Assembly: GCA_025927545.1 (NCBI GenBank)
Contig: JAICLE010000001.1
Coordinates: 70,313 to 134,312 of the forward strand
Reading direction: 5' to 3'
From: Gemmatimonadales bacterium
GTDB lineage: Bacteria > Gemmatimonadota > Gemmatimonadetes > Gemmatimonadales > GWC2-71-9
DNA length: 64,000 nucleotides
In this document: positions 37,886-47,424 of the stretch, in pieces
Layout of the letters: the number at the start of each line of letters is the position of its first letter
Position numbering within the stretch: position 1 is the stretch's first letter
Made by a program: the position numbers and the translations under genes
The notes under the pieces: model-generated
The model's input: the letters and a program-made list of their open reading frames with translations, nothing else
What the model was told of the DNA's origin: nothing
Database searches by the model: none

Positions 37886-40800
37886 ATGACCCTTCCTCGT
37901 GTGGTATCACGGGGCCTCGCCCGCGCGGCGTTCGTCGCGTCGGGCGCCCTCGCGCTCATCGCCCACCTCGGGTCGGCGCAGCAGCCGGCCCGGCAGCCGT
38001 CGACGCTGACGGGCACGGTCACCAGCGCCGAGGGCACACCGCTCGGCCAGGCCACCGTGCTGGTGCAGGATCTCAACCTCGGGGCCACGACGCGCTCCGA
38101 CGGGACGTATTCCATCGCCATTCCCGGCGCCCGCGTGCCGGCCGCGCCGGTGACGGTGACCGCGCGCGCGGTGGGCTTCAAGCCGGCTACGGCACGCGTC
38201 ACGCTCGCCGGGTCCGCGACCCAGAACTTCAGCCTGGCGGAGAACCCGCTCCGGCTGGGCGAGATCGTCGTGACCGGCGCCGGCACGGTGTCCGAAGTCG
38301 AGAAGCTCGGCACCGGCCGGAGCGCCGTCGACTCGGTCGCGATCGTGCGCAGCAACGAGCCGAACATCGTCAACGCGCTTGCGGCGAAGGCGCCGAACGT
38401 GAACGTGACGTCGAGCTCGGGCGATCCGGGCGCGTCGTCGTTCATCCAGATCCGAGGTACCACCACCATTACTGCGCAGGACGGCCAGCCGCTCATCGTG
38501 GTGGACGGGGTGCCGGTCGACAACTCGATCAACTACAACAACCCGCTGAGCAGCTCGCTCAACGCCAGCGCGGCGCCGGCCAACCGCGCGCTGGACATCA
38601 ACCCTGACGACATCGCGAACGTCGAGATCCTCAAGGGAGCGGCCTCCGGCGCGATCTACGGCTCGCGAGCGGGCCAGGGCGTCATCCTGATCAGCACCAA
38701 GCACGGACAGCCCGGGCCGACCCGCTACTCGCTGCGGAGCTCGATCGGGCTCAACCAGCACACCCAGTTGCCGGAGTTCCAGACCAAGTACGGCCTCGGG
38801 ACGGGCGGTGTGGCCCCGACGTGCGTGACCGGCGGCGCCCTCAACTGCGCGGTGCCGTTTGCCTCCGCGGGGAGCTGGGGGCCGCTCCTGGCGCCCGGCA
38901 CGCAGGTGTTCGACCACTCGGCGGAAATGTTTCAGGACGGCTACACCACCGACAACACGCTCACCGTTTCCGGCGGCAGTGAGCGGACCACCTTCTACCT
39001 GTCGGGTGGCTACAACTACGACCGGGGGTACATCGTCGGCCCCAACAGCCATTACCGGCGGATCGCCGTCCGGTTCAACGGCTCGCACCGGATCTTCGAC
39101 AATCTGAAGGTCGGGGCCAACGTGGCCTACACCGACGGGAGCGGCGGGTCCGTGGTGAGCCGGAACAGCACCGAGGGACTCCTGCTCGGCGCCTGGCGCA
39201 CGCCGCCCGACTTCAACAACCAGCCGTTCCTCGACCCGGTGTACGGGCTGCACCGCTCGTTCCGGTTTCCCAACCCGGGTCCGGGCAGCGAGCAGCAGGG
39301 CCGGATCTACGACAATCCGTTCTTCTCGGCCAACGAGAACGTCGCCACCAGCGATGTGGGCCGGACCTACGGCAACGTCAACGCCGAGTTCACGGCGCTC
39401 CGCTGGCTGACGTTCAACTACACGCTGGGCCTCGACTACGCCAACGACGAGCGGACCCAGGGCTGGCCGTGGCAGACCTCGAACACCACCGTGGTGGGCA
39501 CCAACGGCGTGGGCGGCGTCAACGCGGGCTACATCCGGACCAGCCAGATCGACCACAACCTGACGGCCACCGCGCACTACACCATGAGCCCGGTGTGGTC
39601 GGGCACGCTGACGCTGGGCCAGAACCTCAACTCCAACAGCCTGCAGAGCCGGCAGACGCTCGGCACCGGCCTCATCGCCCCGCAGCCGTTCAACCTGGGG
39701 AACACCTCGTCCCAGCTCCCGCCCTACGACTTCCGGCAGACCGTGCGGCTCGAGTCGTACTTCGCGCAGGCGACCGCGGACCTGTGGAACCAGCTCTTCC
39801 TGACCGCGGCGGTCCGGAACGACGGCGCGTCCACGTTCGGCGTCAGCTCCCGGCGTAACTGGTTCCCCAAGGGGAGCGCGGCCTGGACCTTCTATCGGGG
39901 GCCGGACAACGAGAAGCGCTGGCTCACGTTCGGGAAGCTGCGGGCGGCCTACGGCCAGAGCGGCACCCAGCCGCAGCCATATCTGCTCCAGTCGGTGTTC
40001 AACTCGACCACGCTGGCCGAAGGCGGCTGGGGCCCGAGCAGCTCCACGCAACTCGGCGGCGTCGGCGGGCTGGTGACCCGGTACAACCTGCCCACGACCG
40101 AGCTCGGGCCCGAGCGGGTGAAGGAGTTCGAGACTGGCGTGGACCTCGGGCTGCTGGGGGACAAGGCCGACTTCGGCGTCACCTACTATCGCCAGAACTC
40201 GAGCGGCGTGATCCTCAACATTCCCGTGGCCGGCAGCACCGGATACACCGAGGAGCCCGCCAACGCGGCCGCGCTGCGCAACATCGGCGTGGAGCTCGCG
40301 TTGAACGTGCGGCCGGTCACGACGCGCGACTTCTCCTGGGAACTCGGCGCCCAGTGGGCCGACAACAAGAGCCTGGTCACCGACCTGGCGGGCGTGCAGT
40401 TCGCGCCGTTCCCGTTCAGCGGCGGCTCCAACGGCCTGGGCGTGCAGGGCGTGGCCATCGAGGGCCAGCGGATCGGCGTGTTCTACGGCACCGACTACGT
40501 CCGCTGCGGGCGCGGCCTCGTCATCAACGACGTCAACATCGACCAGACGCCGGGCCAGTGCCTGGGCGCGCCCACCGGCGCGCTGTACATCGATGGCACC
40601 GGCTATCCGCAGCTCGACGCCTCCAACAACTACATCGTGGGCGATCCGAATCCCGACTGGACCGGCTCGCTCCGCACCGCGTTCCGCTACAAGAAGATCT
40701 CGCTCACCGGCCTGCTCGACATCCGGCACGGCGGGCAGAACTACAACGGCACCCGGGGCGCGATGGACCACTTCGGCACCTCGAAGGAATCCCAGACGTT

Positions 40801-41203
40801 CCGCGACGGCGGAAACTTCGTGTTCGGCCAGAGCTACTTCCAGGGCCAGCAGGTGGCCGGCCCGGGCGCCGGGATGGCGGTGCCGCTGGGTGAGGCCTGG
40901 TTCACCGGCCCCGGCGGCACGTTCAACGGCCCGGTGTCGGCGTTCATCGAGGACGCGGGGTTCGTCAAGCTGCGCGAGATCTCGGTGGGCTACACGCTGG
41001 ACGCCCCCTGGGTCAACCGGCTCCTCGGATTCAGCAGCGTGGACCTCAGGGTCTCGGGCCGGAACCTGGTGACCTGGACCGACTACACCGGCATCGACCC
41101 CGAGACGTCGCTGCTGGGCTCGGCGACGTCGGTCCGGGGGATCGACTACTTCAACGATCCGCAGACGCGGTCGTTCGTCTTCTCACTCACGCTCAACCGC
41201 TGA
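37886..41203 (+). CDS. SusC/RagA family TonB-dependent outer-membrane receptor
   Basis: Signal peptide, carboxypeptidase-regulatory-like domain (LTGTVTSAEGTPLGQATVLVQDLNLGATTRSDGTYSI), plug (DIANVEILKGAASGAIYGSRAGQGVILI), long barrel, and C-terminal FVFSLTLNR. AGGAG RBS. Confidence 0.9.
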   Translation: MTLPRVVSRGLARAAFVASGALALIAHLGSAQQPARQPSTLTGTVTSAEGTPLGQATVLVQDLNLGATTRSDGTYSIAIPGARVPAAPVTVTARAVGFKPATARVTLAGSATQNFSLAENPLRLGEIVVTGAGTVSEVEKLGTGRSAVDSVAIVRSNEPNIVNALAAKAPNVNVTSSSGDPGASSFIQIRGTTTITAQDGQPLIVVDGVPVDNSINYNNPLSSSLNASAAPANRALDINPDDIANVEILKGAASGAIYGSRAGQGVILISTKHGQPGPTRYSLRSSIGLNQHTQLPEFQTKYGLGTGGVAPTCVTGGALNCAVPFASAGSWGPLLAPGTQVFDHSAEMFQDGYTTDNTLTVSGGSERTTFYLSGGYNYDRGYIVGPNSHYRRIAVRFNGSHRIFDNLKVGANVAYTDGSGGSVVSRNSTEGLLLGAWRTPPDFNNQPFLDPVYGLHRSFRFPNPGPGSEQQGRIYDNPFFSANENVATSDVGRTYGNVNAEFTALRWLTFNYTLGLDYANDERTQGWPWQTSNTTVVGTNGVGGVNAGYIRTSQIDHNLTATAHYTMSPVWSGTLTLGQNLNSNSLQSRQTLGTGLIAPQPFNLGNTSSQLPPYDFRQTVRLESYFAQATADLWNQLFLTAAVRNDGASTFGVSSRRNWFPKGSAAWTFYRGPDNEKRWLTFGKLRAAYGQSGTQPQPYLLQSVFNSTTLAEGGWGPSSSTQLGGVGGLVTRYNLPTTELGPERVKEFETGVDLGLLGDKADFGVTYYRQNSSGVILNIPVAGSTGYTEEPANAAALRNIGVELALNVRPVTTRDFSWELGAQWADNKSLVTDLAGVQFAPFPFSGGSNGLGVQGVAIEGQRIGVFYGTDYVRCGRGLVINDVNIDQTPGQCLGAPTGALYIDGTGYPQLDASNNYIVGDPNPDWTGSLRTAFRYKKISLTGLLDIRHGGQNYNGTRGAMDHFGTSKESQTFRDGGNFVFGQSYFQGQQVAGPGAGMAVPLGEAWFTGPGGTFNGPVSAFIEDAGFVKLREISVGYTLDAPWVNRLLGFSSVDLRVSGRNLVTWTDYTGIDPETSLLGSATSVRGIDYFNDPQTRSFVFSLTLNR

Positions 41204-41234
41204 CGTCCGGGCGGAGAACCACAGGAGGCGCGCC

Positions 41235-42809
41235 ATGACACACGCATGGAAGCTGGCGGCCGTCGTGGCCCTCGCGCTCGGCGCGGCGGGCTGCAACGAC
41301 TTCCTCTCGGGGAACGGGGTCAGCACCGATCCCAACAACATCGACCGCCTCACCCGGCCGGGACCGCTTTACATCGGCATCCAGGCGGCGCAGGGAGTGC
41401 AGTTCCAGGGCCAGCTCGCGCGCAACGCGGCGATGTACGTGCAGCAGATCGCCGGGAACTCGCGGCAGCAGATCGGGTTCGACCGCTACGCGATCGACCC
41501 GGTGACGATCGACCCCAACTGGACCTCCGTTTATGGGTCCAACCGCACGCTCAACGGCGGCGGCGGGCTGCTCGACATCCGCAAGATGGAGCAGCTCGCG
41601 CGCGGGCTGGGCGATTCGCTCTACATCGGGATCGGGAAGGTGTACGAGGCGCTGGTGATGGGCATGGCCGCCGACGTCTGGGGGGACATTCCCTACCGCG
41701 AGGCCGCCGACTCGACCAACCCGACGCCGGCGTTCGACCCGCAGCTCCAGGTCTACGCCGACCTGCAGGCGCAGCTCGATTCGGCGATCACCATCTACCT
41801 GCCCGCGGCAGGACCGAGCAACCTCGGACCGCCCCAGGACAACGCCGAGCTGATCTACGCCGGGCGCGACGCGGCGGGGCTGCGCGAGGTGTACACCCAG
41901 GTGGCGCACTCGCTCAAGGCGCGGCTATACCTGCACACGGCCGAGGTGGACCCGGCCTCGTACGCGCTGGCGCTGGCCGAGGTGCCGCTCGGGATCAACA
42001 CGCCCGACAACGACTTCAACTGGTTCGCGGACGCCACGCCCAACGGGAACAACATCTGGTGGCAGTTCCAGACCCAGCGGGGTGACATCGGTCCGGGCGC
42101 CGCGATCATCGACGTGATGAAGCGCCGGATCGACGGAGGGCTGGCCGACAGCGCGCGGCTCGAGTTCTACTTCGCGCCGGCCGCCGATGCCGACGGTACG
42201 CCGCTCGGCTTCTTCGGCTACCGGCCGGCGGGAACGACCAACATGCAGACCGCTCCCGGGATCGACCCGGGCAACGGCATCACGCCCCCCGGCGGCACGC
42301 CCCAGTACGCGGGTTTCAACTTCATCGATCCCAACGTCGACCCCGGCGACTTCCGGCAGCCCGAGCTCACCTACGTCGAGACGCAACTCATCGGGGCAGA
42401 GGCGGCGTTCCAGGGCGGCGGGCAGGGGGCAGCGCAGCCGTTCCTCGATGCGGCGCGGGCCAACCGCGGCTACGGGGCGCGCGGCGCCACCGAGAACGTG
42501 TTCCCGGCGATCGGCTCGGCCCCGGCGACGCTGCAGAACATCATGGAGGAGAAATACGTCGGGGAGTTCCTGAACATCGAGGCGTGGAACGACTGGAAGC
42601 GGACCTGCCTTCCGTCGCTGGCCCCGGCGCCGCCCGTCGGCAGCACCGCGCCCGGTACCACGCCCATCGCGGGCCGGATGCCGTACGGGATCACCGAGAT
42701 CAACGCCAACCCGAACACGCCGAACGCCCCGCCGGCGGGGCGGAACGCGAACGATCCCAATCCATGCCCGGTGCTCGACTACACCTCGTCCACGCCGCTC
42801 GCCAACTGA
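41235..42809 (+). CDS. SusD/RagB family outer-membrane lipoprotein
   Basis: Immediately downstream of susC-like. Lipobox LGAAGCN, helical TPR-like body (AHSLKARLYLH). AGGAGG RBS. Confidence 0.8.
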   Translation: MTHAWKLAAVVALALGAAGCNDFLSGNGVSTDPNNIDRLTRPGPLYIGIQAAQGVQFQGQLARNAAMYVQQIAGNSRQQIGFDRYAIDPVTIDPNWTSVYGSNRTLNGGGGLLDIRKMEQLARGLGDSLYIGIGKVYEALVMGMAADVWGDIPYREAADSTNPTPAFDPQLQVYADLQAQLDSAITIYLPAAGPSNLGPPQDNAELIYAGRDAAGLREVYTQVAHSLKARLYLHTAEVDPASYALALAEVPLGINTPDNDFNWFADATPNGNNIWWQFQTQRGDIGPGAAIIDVMKRRIDGGLADSARLEFYFAPAADADGTPLGFFGYRPAGTTNMQTAPGIDPGNGITPPGGTPQYAGFNFIDPNVDPGDFRQPELTYVETQLIGAEAAFQGGGQGAAQPFLDAARANRGYGARGATENVFPAIGSAPATLQNIMEEKYVGEFLNIEAWNDWKRTCLPSLAPAPPVGSTAPGTTPIAGRMPYGITEINANPNTPNAPPAGRNANDPNPCPVLDYTSSTPLAN

Positions 42810-42811
42810 GC

Positions 42812-43261
42812 ATGGCCGCTCGCTCCCGCACCCCGCTCGTCGTCCCCCTGCTCGTGCTGGCGGGGTGCTACACCTACCGCCCGCTGCCGGCCGCCGTGCC
42901 GGCAGCGGGCCTTCGCGTTCAGGCCACACTTACCGATGCCGGCAGCGACTCGCTCGCGGGGCGGCTCGGCCGCGACGTGGGGGCGGTGGCCGGCGATGTG
43001 GAGCACGCGGATTCCGCCGATCTCACGCTGGCCGTCCGGGAAGTGGAGAACCAGCGCGGCGAGCGGAGTGACTGGTCGGGCGAGACGGTAGTGATCCCCC
43101 TCCGCTTCGTCCGCGCGCTCGAGCAGCGCCGGCTCTCGCCCGGGGGCACCGGCCTGCTCGGCGGGGCGGTCGCGGCGGGGCTCGTAGCCATCACGCAGGT
43201 ATTCGGCGGCGGTGGTGTCCTGGAAGGCGGCGGAGGCACGGGGGGAAGCGGGGCGAGGTAG
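42812..43261 (+). CDS. hypothetical lipoprotein with Gly-rich C-terminal hydrophobic tail
   Basis: The ATG is 2 nt after the susD-like stop. Lipobox LVLAGCY. C-terminal GLLGGAVAAGLVAITQVFGGGGVLEGGGGTGGSG. Confidence 0.6.
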   Translation: MAARSRTPLVVPLLVLAGCYTYRPLPAAVPAAGLRVQATLTDAGSDSLAGRLGRDVGAVAGDVEHADSADLTLAVREVENQRGERSDWSGETVVIPLRFVRALEQRRLSPGGTGLLGGAVAAGLVAITQVFGGGGVLEGGGGTGGSGAR

Positions 43262-43285
43262 ACGCGCCCCGCCGCTCGCGCCTCC

Positions 43286-43696
43286 TCAATACACGCCGAT
43301 GGCGGACCGATCCAGGTCCGTCTCCAGCGTCCATTCGATCCACTGTCCGGGCTGCACCACAACCGATTCGGTGAGCGCGCCCCCGGTGCCGCCGATCGGG
43401 TGCCCCCAGAGCCGGACTTCGCGGCCCTGGCCCAGCAGCCGGGCGGGGAGGCTGAAATTGACGGAGCTGCTCGCGTTGGCAATGCCGACCCGCATGGGCT
43501 GGCCGTCCCGCACCACGTAGATGATCACGTCCAGCCAGTTGTGGTTGTCGATTTCGAGCGGAACGGCGGCGCTGGCATCGTCGGGGGCGGGCTGACCCGG
43601 CGTGGTGGTCGGGGCGTGGTGGCACGCCGAGCCGGAGAGGACGAGAGCGGTGAGCAGGACGGCCTGGCAACGGGCCTGCAGCAGGGAGTGGCGCAT
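43286..43696 (-). CDS. hypothetical small lipoprotein
   Basis: GAGGAGG RBS. Lipobox LSGSAC. 136 aa, beta-rich, no family recognised. Downstream of the LytTR regulator on the same strand. Confidence 0.65.
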   Translation of the reverse strand: MRHSLLQARCQAVLLTALVLSGSACHHAPTTTPGQPAPDDASAAVPLEIDNHNWLDVIIYVVRDGQPMRVGIANASSSVNFSLPARLLGQGREVRLWGHPIGGTGGALTESVVVQPGQWIEWTLETDLDRSAIGVY

Positions 43697-43734
43697 GAGA
43701 CCTCCTCGGCCGCGGGGAACACGGCCATCCCAAT

Positions 43735-44583
43735 CTACGGCGCGTCGTCCCTGCCGAATAGACGCCGGAGATTCACCCGGTAGTGCCGCGAGGTCGGCAC
43801 CTGCGAGCCGCCGTCGAGGATCACCAGGTATTCGCCGTTGAACCACGGCTGGATCTGGCGGATGCGGTCGACGTTGACGATCGCCGACCGGCTGATGCGG
43901 ATGAACTGCTCCGGATCGAGGTGCCGCTCGATTCGCGCCAGCGCCTCCCGCTGGGCATGGACCTGTTTGCCCGCGTGCACGTTCACCAGCTTGCCTGCCG
44001 CCTCCACCCAATCGATCGTGTCGGTCCGGATGAAATAGGCGGCATCGGCGCGGCGGATGAGCAGCCGGGCACGCCGCTGCCGTTCGGCGTCGCGACGGTC
44101 GAGCAGGGCGAGGAGCCGCTCCGAGGCGGCTGCATCGCGGCGATCCTGCGGGAAGAGCGAACGGGCGCGCGCCACCGCGGTACGGAGGCGGCCGCGATCC
44201 ACGGGCTTGAGCACGTAGTCGAGCGCCTGCACCTCGAACGCCTGGAGCGCCCAGTGCGCCCGATCGGTCACGAACACGAGTCCGGCCGGGACCTGTGGCG
44301 CGAGCTCCCGGGCCAGCGCGAGCCCGTTCATGTCCGGCAGCATGACATCGAGGAAGACGAGGCTCGGCCGCTCGCCGGTGATCGCCTCGAGGGCGGCCTC
44401 ACCCGTGGCGCACTCGGCGGCCACGCGTACGCCCGGCTCGTCGTCGAGCAACTGCCGCAGGTGGCGCCGGGCCACCTCGTCCGCATCGACGAGCACGGCC
44501 CCCAGTTGCCGCACCAGGGGGGCCGTCGAGGCCTCGGCGGAGAGTTGTTGCCGTACTTGCAGCTTGCCGTCTGCTGAGAACAT
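43735..44583 (-). CDS. LytTR/AlgR family response regulator
   Basis: Receiver (LVFLDVMLPDMNG...DYVLKP) plus a LytTR DNA-binding domain (FIRISRSAIVNVDRIRQIQPWFNGEYLVIL). The listed 587-aa ORF is an artefactual extension. Confidence 0.85.
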   Translation of the reverse strand: MFSADGKLQVRQQLSAEASTAPLVRQLGAVLVDADEVARRHLRQLLDDEPGVRVAAECATGEAALEAITGERPSLVFLDVMLPDMNGLALARELAPQVPAGLVFVTDRAHWALQAFEVQALDYVLKPVDRGRLRTAVARARSLFPQDRRDAAASERLLALLDRRDAERQRRARLLIRRADAAYFIRTDTIDWVEAAGKLVNVHAGKQVHAQREALARIERHLDPEQFIRISRSAIVNVDRIRQIQPWFNGEYLVILDGGSQVPTSRHYRVNLRRLFGRDDAP

Positions 44584-44769
44584 GCCGGCTACCTCGTCCG
44601 ATCCTGCCCGGCGGCGCGCCGGGCTCTTCCATTCTCTTCGTCGCAGGCTCGGAAAGGTTTCACCAGGGTGCCACCCGGGACGCCGCCGCGCGCCTTGTGC
44701 ATCGGGTGACGACTGATTCCCTTCCATGGACACCGCTCCAGGCTCAACGGGCCCATCCCCGAGGCCGTC

Positions 44770-47028
44770 GTGTCCGACATCCCAGCCCGCCTGCGCGCCG
44801 CCCTCGGCGACCGCTACCTGATCCAGGAGGAGATCGGGCGGGGCGGGGCCGCGACGGTCTACCTGGCCGAGGATGTCAAGCACGATCGGAAGGTGGCCAT
44901 CAAGGTGCTCCGGCCCGACAACGGGCCGTCGGGGTACGAGCCACAGCGCTTCCTCCGCGAAATCCGGATCGCCGCCCGCCTGTCCCATCCCCAGATCCTG
45001 CCGCTCCACGATTCGGGTGAGCACGACGGCCTGTTCTACTTCGTGATGCCGTACGCGGGTTGCGAGAGCCTCCGTGGACGGCTCGAACGCGAAGGAGCGC
45101 TGCCGGTGGACGTTGCGCTTCGCATCACCCGGGCCGTCGCCGGGGCGCTGGCCTACGCCCACCGGCTCGACGTGATCCACCGCGACATCAAGCCGGAAAA
45201 CATCCTGCTGCAGGAAGGGGAGCCGGTCGTGGCCGATTTCGGCGTCGCCACCGCGCTCTCCGCGGCCGGTGGCGACAACATCTACGTGACCGACCGGGGC
45301 TTCGCCGTGGGCACGCCCGCGTACATGAGTCCCGAGCAAGCCAGCGGAGAGAGCGGCCTCGACGGCCGGGCCGACCAGTACAGTCTGGCCTGCGTGCTGT
45401 ACGAGATGCTGGCCGGCCGCCCGCCCTTCGCCGGGAGCGGCCCGCGGGCCACCATGGCGCGCCATGCGATCGAGACCGCCGCGCCGGTCCGGACCCACCG
45501 GCCGACCGTGCCCGTGGCCGTGGAGCGCGCCCTCGAGCGCGCGCTCGCGAAGTCGCCGGCCGAGCGATTCCCCACGATGGCCGACTTCGCGGCGGCGCTC
45601 ACCGACCCGTCATCCGACGGTGCATCCGCCGGCGCCGTGTCCGCGGTGGATGCCCGGGCCATCGCCGTGCTCCCGTTCGTCAACGCCAGCGCCGACCCCG
45701 ACAACGAGTACTTCAGCGACGGGATCACCGAGGAGCTGATCACGGCGCTCACCAAGGTCGAGGGGCTGCACGTGGCGTCGCGCACGTCGGTGTTCGCGCT
45801 GAAGGGGGCACGGGAGGACGTCCGTACGCTCGGCGCCCGCCTCAATGTCTCCGCGGTCCTGGAAGGCTCGGTGCGGCGCGCGGGCAACCGGCTCCGGATC
45901 ACGGCCCAGCTCACCAGCGTGGGTGACGGACGCACGCTCTGGTCCGAGCGGTACGATCGCGAGCTGGCCGACGTCTTCGCCATCCAGGACGAGATCGCCG
46001 GCACCATCGTGGATACGCTCCGGGCCACCCTGCTCCAGGACCTCGGCGATCCCGTTCCGGTGCGGTACACCGCCAATCTCAAGGCGTACCACCTCTACCT
46101 GAAGGGGCGGTACTCGTGGAACCGGCGCACGCCATCGGCAATCGCCCAGGGGATCGGGTACTTCGAAGCGGCGATCGCGGAAGATGCGGGCTACGCCCTG
46201 GCGTACACGGGCCTGGCGGATTCCTACGCGCTGCAGATCGACTACCGCGGCTCGCCGGTCAAGGAGGGTCTCGAGCGCGCCCGCGCCGAAGCCCAGCGCG
46301 CGCTGGCGCTCGACGAGACGCTCGCCGAGGCGCACACGTCGCTTGCCTGGGTGGTGTTCATCTACGATTGGGATTGGCCGCGCGCCGACCGCCACTTTCG
46401 CCGCGCGCTGGAGCTCAATCCGCGCTACTCGGTCGCGCGCCAGTGGTACGCCTGGTTCCAGGTGGCCATGGGCCAGACGGAGCTGGCGCTGGCCGAGGGG
46501 CGGCGCGCAATCGCGCTCGATCCCGCGTCGGTGTCGATCCGCCGGAGCGTGGGCTGGCTCCACTACTACGCCCGGCAACCGGATCAAGCGCTCGAGCACC
46601 TGCGCCGCGCACTGGCCATGAATCCGACCGCCGAGGAAAATCATCGGCTCCTCGGCCTCGCCTACCTGCAGGCTCGCCAGTGGGACGAGGCGGCGGCGGC
46701 GTTCCGCGAGTCGCTCGCGGTGTCGGACAGCCCGGCCCTCGCCCTGGCGGGGCTCGCCGCCGTCGCAGCGGGACGAGGCCGGACCGACGAAGCCTCAGCC
46801 GGTCTGGCCGACCTGGAGGCGCGGGCGCGAGCGAGCTACGTGTCGCCGGTGGCCTTCGTGATGGTGCATGCCGCGCTAGGCCAGGCTGACCAGGCGTTCG
46901 ATTGGCTCGAACGCACGTACGAGGAACGACGCGGGTGGCTGGCATATCTGAACGTGGAGCCGATGCTGGATCCGCTGCGGGGCGATCCGCGGTTACGCCG
47001 GCTGGCCGAGCGGATGCACCTCGCCTAG
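44770..47028 (+). CDS. Ser/Thr protein kinase with TolB-like and TPR C-terminal region
   Basis: GRGGAATVYLA, HRDIKPENILL, DFGVA, then AIAVLPFVNASADPDNEYFSDGITEELI followed by TPR repeats. Confidence 0.9.
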   Translation: MSDIPARLRAALGDRYLIQEEIGRGGAATVYLAEDVKHDRKVAIKVLRPDNGPSGYEPQRFLREIRIAARLSHPQILPLHDSGEHDGLFYFVMPYAGCESLRGRLEREGALPVDVALRITRAVAGALAYAHRLDVIHRDIKPENILLQEGEPVVADFGVATALSAAGGDNIYVTDRGFAVGTPAYMSPEQASGESGLDGRADQYSLACVLYEMLAGRPPFAGSGPRATMARHAIETAAPVRTHRPTVPVAVERALERALAKSPAERFPTMADFAAALTDPSSDGASAGAVSAVDARAIAVLPFVNASADPDNEYFSDGITEELITALTKVEGLHVASRTSVFALKGAREDVRTLGARLNVSAVLEGSVRRAGNRLRITAQLTSVGDGRTLWSERYDRELADVFAIQDEIAGTIVDTLRATLLQDLGDPVPVRYTANLKAYHLYLKGRYSWNRRTPSAIAQGIGYFEAAIAEDAGYALAYTGLADSYALQIDYRGSPVKEGLERARAEAQRALALDETLAEAHTSLAWVVFIYDWDWPRADRHFRRALELNPRYSVARQWYAWFQVAMGQTELALAEGRRAIALDPASVSIRRSVGWLHYYARQPDQALEHLRRALAMNPTAEENHRLLGLAYLQARQWDEAAAAFRESLAVSDSPALALAGLAAVAAGRGRTDEASAGLADLEARARASYVSPVAFVMVHAALGQADQAFDWLERTYEERRGWLAYLNVEPMLDPLRGDPRLRRLAERMHLA

Positions 47029-47073
47029 CCGCGGCCGCTGGCACCTCCCCCTTGCGTCGGTATACGTTCCGGA

Positions 47074-47415
47074 ATGTATCGGATCGCCGGCGAGTCGGAT
47101 CTCGCCCTGCTGCTCGCCGCCCCCATTGCCGTGCTGTACAAACACAGCCCGATCTGCCCTACCAGCAGCCTGGCCCACGACGAGATGATGGTGTTGAACG
47201 GACGCTGCCAGGTCCCTGTCTTTCTGCTGGACGTGGTCCGGCACCGGCCGCTCTCCCGCGCAGTCGCCGAGCGGATCGGGGTCGCCCACGCATCGCCGCA
47301 GGTGATCATCCTGCGCGCCGGGGTGGGCATCTGGCACCGCTCGCACTTCGAGATCGAGGCGCGGGCGGTCGCGCGTGCGCTGGACGACGTTATCGGCGGC
47401 GCCGCGCTGCGCTGA
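47074..47415 (+). CDS. YtxJ-like (DUF2847) monothiol thioredoxin-fold protein
   Basis: VLYKHSPICPTS corresponds to the YtxJ KHS-x-x-CP-x-S motif. 113 aa. Confidence 0.7.
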   Translation: MYRIAGESDLALLLAAPIAVLYKHSPICPTSSLAHDEMMVLNGRCQVPVFLLDVVRHRPLSRAVAERIGVAHASPQVIILRAGVGIWHRSHFEIEARAVARALDDVIGGAALR

Positions 47416-47424
47416 CCCGGCTAC

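Noticed and set aside
35479-40771. 1017-aa (35479-38532) and 954-aa (37907-40771) minus-strand ORFs
   Set aside because: They are antisense shadows of fadJ and the SusC-like receptor. Their composition is low-complexity Arg/Gly/Pro, and they span a real intergenic region without any start or RBS logic.
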